A DNA stretch of 64,000 bases from Tubulanus polymorphus (Eukaryota > Animalia > Nemertea): the NCBI RefSeq assembly GCF_964204645.1, contig NC_134026.1, positions 10,873,950 to 10,937,949 on the forward strand. The letters are read 5' to 3'. Of the stretch, positions 50,964-62,766 are shown piece after piece. Within the stretch, counting starts at the first letter, position 1; each line of letters starts with the position of its first letter. The position numbers and the translations under genes were made by a program. The notes beneath the pieces are model-generated. The model had not been told where the DNA came from and made no database searches. It worked only from the letters and a program-made list of their open reading frames with translations.

Positions 50964-51351
50964 CAACCATCCTTCCGCGCTACACTTTTTATTTCATGAT
51001 GACTTTAAAGCAATCCACAGTACCATTGTTTCTATCAAAACCCTTTCCCATCTCAATTTATTTTCAAAATGTTGAAATGTTTGTTATTTGATTTTAGGCA
51101 ATTTCTGAGTTTTTAGAACATCCATAGAATCTATGCGGAGAAAGAGAATGTTATATTGCCATCAGAGTTTAACATTTCGTTTAAAAGCTGTTAGTAGTCG
51201 AATCTGATAGATGATTTTTATGTCACGAAACTAAGTGGAAAATATGTTAAAATAATAATCAGCAGGAATACAATAGGGTTTCTGCAAATCTTTCCAAACT
51301 ACACGGTATAATAAAATTAAGGTTTCTGTTGCCTCCGCAGAAACCCTAATT

Positions 51352-51530
51352 ATACTATACCGTGTAGTTTGGAAAAAGTTCTATATTGGTGAGACAGGCC
51401 GTAATCTTAACCAAAGTTTGATAGAAGATAAATGAGATATTAAAAACCTCAAACCAGAACGGGCGCGCAGTTGCAAACCACGATTTTCAAACATCGCATA
51501 ATTTTGACTTTGCAAACGCGAAATTAATTT
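51352..51530 (+). pseudogene. Penelope-like GIY-YIG endonuclease relic (upstream part left of 41861)
   Basis: YTIPCS..KFYIGETGRNLNQSLIE...AVANH...HNFDFANAKL, with frameshifts and a stop. Confidence 0.72.
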
Positions 51531-51822
51531 CTCTGCGATTTGATTAAACTCCAATCTATCCTTCGTTTGTTCTGTGTTGGTGTGTTCTCCACCAATGTTG
51601 TGTTAATTAAATCTCCTCTTATGTTTTTGTCCTATACCAGTGTTGTACTGTCTGATCGTTCGTGTCGTCACCTTCCGTAGCTTGCACCTTGATGACTTGA
51701 CTATTTTTCAGGTTCGTGATGTTCAATTGACGCTTGACAAATTGACGAAATTTATTAATCTTTTAGGTGAAGATTGCTTGTCGAATTTTTATAAGTTACA
51801 AGGAAAAATATATTTTGTAGTG

Positions 51823-51854
<32 letters not shown>

Positions 51855-52944
51855 TGCACACGCACTTTAGGTGTTGACAGCACAATATAGGCGCGCGTCT
51901 TCTTCATGATGAAAATTCATGATGAAAATTCATTTTTTGATGAATTGACCTTTGGATGACCACGTTTTTAGGGTCCCTAACAGGACTTCTGAGTCCAATC
52001 ATTTAATTATAAAGATACTCCAAAAGCACCGTTTACAATCTATCAGAAAATATATAGTTTTGTGGGGTTTCCTTTACAAAATGAGTATAGGATGGACTTC
52101 TAAAATCTCAGAAATTGCCTAAAATTAGAGTGTAATAAGTGTAGCGCGGGAGGATGGTTGAACATTGTTTTTTGTGATTTGAAAAATGAGTAAAAATTAA
52201 TTCTGGTGAAATCGCAAAATGTTGCTCCGAAAAATGACAAACAATGTATCTTAATTTAGCCTTATTCCGGGTTTTCGACTTGGAAGAAACTGGTTTTATA
52301 TTTAAAGGGTTTTCAATAAAAAATATAATTTTTGAGTTGCATTTTGATTTAAGAAATTCGAGAAAATATTATATATTTATTGATTATAGATGGCCACCAA
52401 TTCGGCGAATCGATAGTCGTGTGTTACGTTTAGATTAAAGTTTGATTGATCATAATCATAATTTGTTGTCTTCATAGTTTTGAACAACGTAATCAGTAAA
52501 TCATCATAGTTCATAATGCTGATCATAGATATATTGAATCAAGTATCGTTATTAATACGGTTCCGTCACAATACCATCATTTTCCCTGTTTTAATGTGAA
52601 AATTGTGAGGCCATAAACTGAAGAACGATGAGGACAGTTCTTTAACGAAACATTAAACTACTGAAATTGTAACGTTGCATTAGTCTACTGTTATCTTAAA
52701 TTCTGAAAGAGGACTTAATATGAAAAATAGTTTGCTACTTGACCAGCGACAAAAAGCAAGGAAACACAACAACAAAAAATTCTTTGTCTATTCTAGCGAC
52801 ATGATTTATTATATATTGTAGTTGATTAATTTCTGATCTCATCGTTTTGCATATTTTTCTTGTTTTGATATATTGCCGATCACGTGTGTGATACAAAACA
52901 ACATAACTGTTTCGTCTGTATAGGGCTCTTATCACTTAATTTAC

Positions 52945-53946
52945 CTATTTCTCGACAACACCGTTAGTTCTTCGTTTAATCATACAGTCGGACGCACCGA
53001 CATTTATGTCATTTCTGAAGTTGCTGCTGCACAAGAGAATGAAACCGTTAACGACGTGGTTTGCATTTTTCAGGACTACAGAAATTGAATTGCTAGTTAA
53101 AATGAAAACTCCATACAACCCATCGCAATGAGAAAGGTAATACATGGTTGTCTTAGCATGGTGTCCATATTCTAACAACAGAAGTTGCGTAAGACAATTC
53201 AAAAATGACAAAATCAAAAATGCGGCACTTGTCGAAACGACTAAGACAGTAATCTTTTTGGCAGCTGCTTTTCTCTTGTCAGTTCCTTGACCATCCATAT
53301 CCGCAGAGCTTTTCACACCAGTAATTATCTTTCCATTGGAAATGACAATAGTAATGAATGGGATATAGAGAGATAAGGCGTTATTAACGTAGTAAAACAT
53401 ACTCACTCCAATATCGCTATTTACTTTGCAATTTGTCCACGTACTCATGAATGCTTTCGGTTCATGGAAAGCCGACCAAACTATGTGAAAGAGAATAAAA
53501 AGACCACTGGTAATAGCGATGGATTTCTGTGCCCTACCCACAGTACATACTCTTGCTGCTTGAAGGGGCTTCGAAACTGCTATGGCGCGGTCAACTGTCA
53601 TCAAAACCAGTATCCATATGGCTATTTGACTTGGACAGTGCGTGTGAAAAACCTTCACAATGCACATCGCCTGGTTGAATTGTACGTGAAAGTAGTCCAT
53701 CAAATACGGCACCTCAATAGATATTATTGCGTAGAGGTCGGCGATACTCAACGCTAGCAAGTAGAAATGTCCGCTGCTGAAGGATGCTTTCTTGTAAGTT
53801 CCTAACGCTACGATTGCGAAACTCAATAGACTTATCAACGGAAATACATAAGCCGAATACAAGTTGAACTTGACAGTAATCTGAGGTATCCAGCTATATA
53901 GTTGCATAAAACACAAGCTAGGGCTCGAATAGTTCAATGTTGCCAT
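52945..53946 (-). CDS. Divergent rhodopsin-like (class A) GPCR, single coding exon, 333 aa from MATLNYSS
   Basis: Seven hydrophobic segments; FYLLALSIADL (TM2), C...IWILVLMTVDRAIAVSKPL (TM3), YIPF...SN (TM5); N-terminal NYS sequon. Confidence 0.9.
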   Translation of the reverse strand: MATLNYSSPSLCFMQLYSWIPQITVKFNLYSAYVFPLISLLSFAIVALGTYKKASFSSGHFYLLALSIADLYAIISIEVPYLMDYFHVQFNQAMCIVKVFHTHCPSQIAIWILVLMTVDRAIAVSKPLQAARVCTVGRAQKSIAITSGLFILFHIVWSAFHEPKAFMSTWTNCKVNSDIGVSMFYYVNNALSLYIPFITIVISNGKIITGVKSSADMDGQGTDKRKAAAKKITVLVVSTSAAFLILSFLNCLTQLLLLEYGHHAKTTMYYLSHCDGLYGVFILTSNSISVVLKNANHVVNGFILLCSSNFRNDINVGASDCMIKRRTNGVVEK

Positions 53947-56779
53947 CTTCTGTCTCGTAAAAACTGAAAAAAAGACAACCACAAAAATGAAGTCCTCTCC
54001 AAACAGCGATTACGGTCTTTCGCACCATATCATGCATTTTCGAAATAAAAGGAGTTATAGAAAATTAGATATTGCATTGTCGAGATTCAAACCTGATGCC
54101 GTGACTGGAGCTACTAACGTATAATTTGATCCTGAAAATAACCTGGTTATAAGGGGTTGCCGGAGTTGCCTACGGACGGAGCGGGGCGTTCCTATTGAAG
54201 AATTAAAGTGAACTGCACATGGTTCGGTGGTGCCATCCTGAATCAATGTCGAATTATACCAGCTTAACTTCCGCTGCTGCGAACATAATTATGGTTAATG
54301 GAAATACTTGTAAATCTTTTATTTCATATTATAGATACATGTATAAATAGGAATAAATGGCATACTTGTCAGGTAAAGTGATTTCCGCCTGCAAGCACAA
54401 ATGTCGATAAATGAAAATGAAATGAACAACTAAGATTTGGTTTGATGCGGCATTTGTTGAGAGATTCGAACTAGATGTAGTTGTGAAAACTCTGTCGATG
54501 GGCGTTGTGACTAGGTTGTAATGTAACTTGTTAAAGTATCGAAGAAATATTTTTAAATCGAAAAGTATTATTTGATTTGAGTAATCGAAAGTAAGCTAAA
54601 ATAGGAAAATTAATTTATTACCGCGACGACAAGAAACGTACGGGTATTCTTCAGAACGGCAAATATGATAAACATGGAAGTTCGTTCACTCATCCGGTAA
54701 TTTTTTACAATTTATTAAACCAGCCAACAATATCAGGTGCCAAATCCACCGCTGGTAAATTAAGTTATCTTGGGTTATAGAGAATTTTGAATTGTTTAAA
54801 GATTAAGAATTTGTACCTGTATCTTATTTTTCGGCGGGCCCTCGCTATGTAAACCGTTTATAAGTCAAATCGGCCAAAGTCGGATAATCGCTTACATGAA
54901 TATTGTCCCGATTTTCCGTCACTTTTCAAAGAAATGTATATTCCAAAGTCGGATTTCATAATTTGGAAACTCGCCTATCTCTAAACTCTTTTTTTGGTCC
55001 CAAAATAAAGAATCAGTTAAACCTGGAGGGTTATTTTCTTCTCATTGCAGTTTGATTTCTTCCCTGTTCATGGCTTGATATCGACGATACAAATCAACAA
55101 ACGCTGATCTCGTTATGGGTAATGTATAATAGGATAGTAAACCCGAAATATTCTAGTGTTTTAGAAATCATTTCTGGTAGATGTTGACTTAATTTTTCCG
55201 TTTACCGAATTAATTCTCAAGTCGCAGTTTTCGTAAAACGGCTGGAAATCCGACTTAGTCATAGTCGAAGGATTTTTCTTGGTCCCAAAAATCCAGCTGA
55301 CCCAAGGTTTTCTGTATATTATTTGAAGAACTTCACTGAAATATTCCATTGCTACGAATAGCCGCGTTCACAATTTAGAACGGCCCAAGCGTTCACACTA
55401 GTGAAAAGTCCGTTCCTAATTATCCCGTTCCATTTTAGACCGGACCAATTTGTACCGACCTAAAAGATCTTCTAGGTCCGTTCTAAATCTTGGAATCATT
55501 TTTGAATCATGTTAAAAAAAATCATAGAAGAGTTTCAACCCGTCGCCCATTTCATTCCTAATTCCAACCAAGAATGTGCTCAGAATGTATCTAAATGAAT
55601 CTAATTTTTAAGATATTCTTGGGGAGCGCCCCCATATACCCGGGCTTCGAGCCCATGACACTCGTTATGACGGCTATGCCGTCATCATGCGCAAAGAAAT
55701 ATGTGTTAGTAGTTACCCTAAATCCAATGCGCACCCTCCCATTTTCAAATACCTGGATTCGCCCCTGAACTTATATATATTTTATACAACTCGCGCTGAA
55801 ATTGAAGTTCAGATACGAAATGATCACCATATTACTAGGAAAAGCCACTATTTATTAAACAATTTGCCAAGCCGGTGAGTTTGTGTAGCTACTGAAACAA
55901 ACATCATGACAAAACTTTGTTTTTAAGACAGAATCTATTAAGAGGGTTTATCACTCAAAATAAAGCAAAGTCGAAGTTCCGTTATAGCTAAAGGCGTTAG
56001 TTGAATACTCGATACTTGTTTGTTTATTTTCGAAATCTTCTATTTGGTCGTAATGGTATCCTACTCTTCCAATTCTTAAGATATCAATTCCCGTATCAAC
56101 AAAATGCATTTTCTCACCTTAACTGTAGATCTCTTCAAGTTCCTGCCGTGGTAGATTCCTCCTGGGTCGCTACTCGGTATTTACGTTGGATACGTAGCTC
56201 GGAATTATCAAAGACGACGACTGACTTGCCAAAAGTTTCATCCACAAACCAATCAAAACACATTATTCGCCTTGCATTGTATTGATGTATTGTATTTCTG
56301 TGAGTGGCCAATTCAAACTGCTGTTTACAAAATCGATTTTCCGTCAATCGCGCCATGGAAATGGATTATATCGGGATGGTTGTGAATGTATGATGTAACT
56401 AGACATCTTTCAAAAGATTTTTAGAGGAGCCGTGTTAACCTGATGTAGAATAAATGAGAAGAGAGTATAGTATTATGCAGGTTAACTTGTTTATTTGAAG
56501 CAGGAACTTGTGTTACTAATTTATTGTTTATGACGTTTTCATTACAAGGCATGGAAACTCGACGAACTGTTTGAATTATTGATATGTATAAAACTAAAAG
56601 ATTTTAATTTTAATGTTAATCTCAGGTGGATCTTAGATGGATCTTAGTGATCTTAGGTGGATACGTGGTCCAGATCAGCCGCACGCATCCGCACACCCCA
56701 TGCGTTTCAAGTTATAATTGTATTACCACTATTATCATATTAGATGTCAAAGTATTTTTTTTCATTCTCCACAAAAACA

Positions 56780-56994
56780 AACCTTTAACGCGCAAAAACT
56801 TAGAATTACTCATTTTTGCGCCCGCGCAAAAACGAAAATTTGTTTTTGCGTGGTCGTGAAATTCAAATTTATTACGGGCGCAAAAACGAAATAATCTGTT
56901 TTGCGCGTTAAAAACAAACGTTTTTGCGCGGGCGCTAAAATAAATGAATAGCGAGCAAAACGAAAAAAAATTACGTTAATGCACGTTAAAAGTT
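56780..56994. repeat. Foldback element built of CGCAAAAAC / GTTTTTGCG motifs
   Basis: Termini AACCTTTAACGCGCA / TGCACGTTAAAAGTT, with about six internal motif copies in both orientations. Confidence 0.65.
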
Positions 56995-57689
56995 TGTTTT
57001 TAAGCGTTATCTCAAAACAACCAACATATAGATCAGATGTATTCCTGGACCGTACCCAGGTAAGATTTGTTTTTGCACGTTGTTCCGAATCAGCCAATGA
57101 ACATTTTTCAACAGCAATTTCCTATCATTGATTGTCCCGCACTCTGTTTCCTTTTTTTTCCTCGGTGGCCCTTAAACTTATTTTCGGGTGGGGGGGATGG
57201 ATGCTCAAAACCTTCGCGTTGCTCCTGCGGTGCTTGAAAAGACCTCACCTAAGCTATTTTCGCACTCCTCCACTCCACTGTCCGTGGAGTGGAGTAAACG
57301 TAAAAGTTTAAAAAGTTAATTGAAAGGATGGCTCCGAGAATATTCATTGTTCTCAGTGGATGTAACCTGCAAACACATCGCAACTTGATCGTCGATCACA
57401 AGCGTTTGCACCAATCTTTTTTTATCGGCAGAGTTATTCATTGAAGGAGGTAGCAGTTTAACATGAGTAGTTTTTGAGCATTCATTCCATTCAGACGTTT
57501 GTTTAAAACATAACTTAGTTTTACATGTATTTTGAGTTTCTGTAATCTTCTTTCTGGCGAACATGCAGGCGCAGACACCCCTTTATCGCTGCTTTGCAGT
57601 GATATTTCTTTTCATTCTAATAGAATTTCAGTCATTAATAAACATGGTTAACTTGGCTAAAAACAGGCTGGACGGAAAATTCGACCTAC

Positions 57690-57832
57690 CATCCAACTAT
57701 GTACTTACTACGGTTACCGATATCAAGTTAAAACCCCCCGTTTCGTTTCCGGCAGGTGTGGTGGGTTTCTAAGGGAAACCAAATAGGCATCAAACCAATC
57801 AATCAAGAGGGACAATAACCCATATTTCAAGG
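57690..57832 (+). repeat. Diverged 3'-terminal fragment related to the Tx1/L1 family
   Basis: AAACCCCCCGTTTCGTTTCCGGCAGGTGTGGTGGGT...TAAGGGA...GGGACAAT, as at 35814 and 36814. Confidence 0.7.
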
Positions 57833-60079
57833 TCAATAACTTAGATGAATATAGATACGGTCGTAACTTCATTCCGCTTTAGAAAAAATTCCTTTCGGTA
57901 GTAGGCCTGTATATTGCTGATTTTCACCATCGACGCATTGTTGAAGGTCTCATCACAAATTTCTCATATTTAGCATCTGATATCTCGTAGCCTTTTTGGC
58001 ATTTTCCTCGCGTTAGAAAATCTGTGGTACTGATTATTTCTATTGCTTGTTCGATTGTTAATGGTCATCTCCAAGAAGATTAATTATCACATTACATTAG
58101 GTTTCAAAGTTAGGTTGCACTAATAATGGTTAATATATGGTTCAAGACAACTAATTGCGTTTGCATGACACTTTTTTTCTTTTATAGAAATCAGCTGCAG
58201 CTCTCCAATACACTATTTCTTTCATCGTTAATGCCAATTCATACTTAGTGGTCGATATCGGCAGCACCGGTTACATCAGAAGACGACCATCAACTGCAAA
58301 GTATTGACTGGGTAATTATAGTTCGAAACCTTAATAATTACACTTCATTGCTCATGGTTTGGAAAAGCTACGATGATAGCCTTTTTATTACCATTGATTC
58401 ATAACTATTGATAAAACTCACGACTATAAACACTCCTTGCTTTCATGGACCGCTTTCTATCTAAACAAATACCGAACATTGCGTAGTTGTGGCTTCGTGT
58501 AGTGCCGCTGGTTTTGTGATTTCCCAAAGAATAACTAGCAATGATACTAATGTAAATTTCTATAGTTGTAAAATCGCAAATGTACAAGGATTTCGTCTAG
58601 TTGTCGAATTCCTAGTTGTACAAACCTGATCAATACTTATGATAAAATGGGAAAATTTGTCGCGTGTCGTTTTGTCAATCCATAGTTTGATCGCATAATT
58701 TCTGCCTTTTTACGCATTAATTATTGTTTTGTCTTGGCTGACAAATCACATCATCGAGTTAAAATGAATTTTTTTTCATTCTGTAGCACTGATAAACATT
58801 ATTTTGTAAATTTTCCCGTAGGGGACCAAATCAACCACCATTCGAGTCAGCAGGATGTAAATATAAATCACCCGGTAAACATCCCTCTAGTAAAAATCTC
58901 ACTAGGTAAAAATCCCACAGTTAAAATCCCCTAGTAGATAACACCCCCTCAGTCATACGATAAAGCGTATACTCAGTTTCGTTGAAACCAGTCTTTGATA
59001 GTTAATAAAAAACGGGAAAGTGTCTGCAGCGCCACCCAGGGTTAGAAACATGTACTAGATATGTGGATAAACCCCCATGTTCATATTAGATCTACTTCTA
59101 CAGTCGAAACTTTTAAATCAAACCTCAAAACACATCTTTTTAAACCAACCCTATATGTCTTAATGTTTGTTTTAACAAATCGACAATTCTAGTAATCTCA
59201 ATGTTTTTGCATTTCACCGAGAATTGTATTCTTGTATTCTTAATTCTTAATTTTCTTATCTTATGCAAAGTGCATCGATTACTATGTAGATAATGCGCTA
59301 TATCAAGAATTAAATTATCATCATTATTGTGATCATTATTATAATGGTGAAAAGCGCTTCAGTCAAAAAATAAAAAATAACGATCAAGATACGGTGCTGT
59401 CCTTACGATCCAAAGTGGGACTTATTTGAACTGAATACGACATGTTGCACATGTTTGTACCTATATACCACGTTTTATGATTTATGTATTTAATAAAACC
59501 TATTGGATTTTACTGATCGAAAACCGATGCTGTGTTTTTAAAGATTTATGCCTGCTAGTCGTGACAGTAGGAACTTTCTTTAGGGTATTGGTTGCCTTTT
59601 GATATATAAAGTATACGTGTCAATTTTCAACGAAATCCATTTATCCAATTAGTAAATGAAATTTGTTATGTAACGCTTTGTGGGTGGCACTACTGGAGAA
59701 CCATAACGATTGCCCAACATTCTTAAATTGGAAAAGTACTGTGACGGTAAAAGAGAAATTAAGTACCACCGGGCCCAGTAGGACCAACTGAATACATCTT
59801 ACTTTTGAGCTCAAAATGCTATTTATTCTTCGATGAGAATCGTTGTTGGTTGATTCTGTCTTCGGAAGTTGCAGGACTGTGATGATAGTTAGCTTCAGGT
59901 CGTACTTTAAGTGCTGAACGCATATGCCTATATGTTAATGTTTTGTATTAACTGACTTAGTTATTTTCTACAGACCGGTTATCGTAGAAATATCATTTCG
60001 CATGAGCGAGCACGACTCTCCGAGTACGTACAAGAGCAAAGAACCGTATAGTGTATTATTATAACGCTACACCAGCGAC

Positions 60080-62180
60080 ATGAGCCCAAAATCTAAATCG
60101 AGTAATGGTAAAACCAAATCGGGAAATGGTAAAAACGAGAACAAAAACCAGGAAAGGGATGGCGGTGACAAAACAAGAGATCGCTCGGAAGGTTCGAACA
60201 GTTCCGGAATTTCTCCTCCGCAAAAAGGTAGCAGTCACCACTACCGATTCTGACCCCAACTCTTAAGACGACGATACCGACATCACTCTGAGAGATATCC
60301 TAAAGGAGATGCGTAATTTGAAATCTAGCCTGGAGAAAAAATCGACTCAAAGTTTAGCCAATTGAAAAACGAAATTGAGCAATTTCGGTGTGATATAGAA
60401 AAAACTATTGACTTAAAAATTGATGAAGCGAAAGACGTATTGCGAAATGAATTTACTGTAAAGATCAGTGAATTAGAAACTTCAGCTGGGACTAAGGTAC
60501 AACCAGACAGTGACAGGATTAAGGCCCTCGAAAATAGACTTATAGACCAAGAAGCGCGTTCACGAAAGAAATGCCCAACGAAGATACTGACGAAGCTGTG
60601 CAGCAGCTGTTAAGGAATAACTATAAAATCCCATCCGAGAAAGTGGATAAAATCGTATTCCAAAGGGTTCACCGCAACCCAACTAGGAAGGCACCGCGAT
60701 CAATAACAGCGAAATTTCGGGATTATCAAGACTGGTTGCTTGTATTTCAGTCCCGCTTCGATCGTCAGAACACTTCGACCAGAATCGTTGAAGATTTTCC
60801 TATAGAAATCCGTGGCAAGAGGCGCTTTTTATTCAAGAAACTATACGATGCGAAACAAAAACTACAAATACGCGCTTTTGTTAACTTTGATAAGTTGATA
60901 ATTGAATCCGACGTCTTCAAAGTAGAAAATGGTGATATAATTGAAATCAAGTCGGACTACGTGCAGCGACGTGTTAATCGCACTATAAGAAGTTACACGA
61001 AATATCCGGATGTTGCAACTCGTGTTGATACAACTCCGAATTCGGAAAGCATAGAGAGCACTGAAGTTACCGTCAGAAACTCACGACCCAAGTCGGTAGA
61101 TGAATTCTCAGTGGTGAGTGTGCCGCTAATTCTGGATAAACCGTCCAGACCAACCTGCTGATGAGATCAGTCAACCTACAGTAAGCGCAGCCCTTGCAGA
61201 CGCGAGGCTAATCCTTGACATGGACGCATAGGACATACAGGCAGAGCAGAACCAGGTGCAGTTCACGACAGATCAGTAACAGTTTTGACTCTAAATGTTT
61301 GTGGGTTAAAATCTAAATTGCCCATCCCAGAATTTAAAGAATTTCTAATGAGATTTGAGATAATTATTCTAGTAGAAACAAAACTTGATGATACCGATGA
61401 ACTGTTAGTCACAGACTTTTTTGTTGAAAATAGTTTCAAATTTTCTATAACAATAGGCAAACTATTTCAATAAGAAGATCTGGTGCAGCCAATAACAGTA
61501 TTGCTAGGTATGTAATACGCTCTTTTAACCATAGTAAACTTATTCAATGGGTCGAATTTGATAAGCGTATATTTAATTCTGATCAAAATATCGTTCTCGG
61601 TGGGGTCTATTTACCACCAAGCGACTTTGGAGGAGTCCGCCATTTTGATGAATTGCATAATTAGATCATGGTAGTTGCAAGAAATTCGATGAATGTTTGT
61701 CTCTGTGGTGATTTTAATTCTTACACGAGAGAAAGCCCTGACTATTTTGTGGGTGATCACCTAATGGACAGTGAGCAGTCAAATATAGATTATATTTTTC
61801 AAGAAAACTTCTATGGCGTCTCACTTTTACAAAAAATGGGTGTTCGGAAAAGGTACAAACAGGATAAAAGTGTGAATAACTATGGTGTCAGACTCTTAGA
61901 AGTTTGTAAGATGCACAATATGTTTATTGTAAATGGGAGAGTTGGGAACGACCGCCTTATTGGAAAACGTACATGCTTTAAAGGAGAAACAGCACATCTA
62001 GTTGATTATATAATTGCATCCCCTCAACTATTCCAATATATTGAAGGATTTGATATTTCAGAATTTGAGCCCCTCTTTTCTGATGTACATCAAGCTGTAA
62101 TTTGTAACATTAAGGTGCAAGGAAAGTTAGTAACAGCAGAAAATAATATTTCTCGCCAGCGTGCAAAGCCATGGAGAAGT
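60080..62180 (+). pseudogene. Decayed ORF1 + APE endonuclease of a LINE related to the RTE-X-like element at 27694-32930; RT missing
   Basis: RDRSEGS, LENRLIDQEARSR, FQRVHRNPT, PRSITAKFRDY, EDFPIEIR; TLNVCGLKSK, LVETK, CGDFN, NNYGVRLLEVCK, LVDY, SDVH. Confidence 0.85.
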
Positions 62181-62762
62181 AGAATTAAACATGTTCTTCC
62201 TTTTGGTGTTCTTAAAAATTTATATTATTGTTTTTTCAATTCACATCTTGCATATGCAACTTTAATCTAGGGTAATTCATGTAATATTTACTTGGAACCC
62301 TTATTTCGTCTCCAAAAGAAAGCAATTCGGGTAATAACACATTCTTTTTGGCTAGCGCATACATCTCCAATTTTCAAGAAATTAGAAATCTTAATATACG
62401 ACATATACCAATTTCAGCTGTGCAATTTTGTCTTTAGTCAAATTAATCAAAACTTACCATCAATTTTCAATGAATTTTACTGTTTTAAAAACTCCATGAC
62501 AGGGCGACCTTCCCGTCGCCCACTAAATTTAAAAGTGGAATATGCGAAATCTAACTTTAGAATGAAATCATTAAAAATCCAAGGTGCAAGATCCTGGAAC
62601 TTCCTTCCCGGAAAACTCAAATCTTCGAAATCACGCCCTTACTTTAAAAAATGCTTTATCAATTACTTGGTCGCATAATACTAATGCCCGTAACGTGGCC
62701 GCCATTTTATCTGTATATATATGTAAAGGGTGATCCTTGTAACGAATGTGCGTGTGTGTGTA
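62181..62762 (+). mobile_element. Crack/L2-like LINE 3' fragment
   Basis: LKNLYYCFFNSHLAY, LQKKAIRVIT, HTSPIFKKL, GARSWN, then a GT microsatellite; parallels 40200-40870. Confidence 0.8.
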
Positions 62763-62766
62763 AGTG

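Larger units (their letters stand above)
41861..51351 (-). mobile_element. HINE/Helentron-like non-autonomous element carrying a GPCR fragment and nested elements
   Basis: The left end AAATATAGCTGCAAGCAGCGATAACGGGTTTC is the reverse complement of the 23260-23295 terminus type. The right end AATAATAATCAGCAGGAATACAATAGGGTTTCTGC...CAGAAACCCTAAT is the reverse of the 18833-type 5' end. The flanks rejoin into a GIY-YIG motif. Confidence 0.7.
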
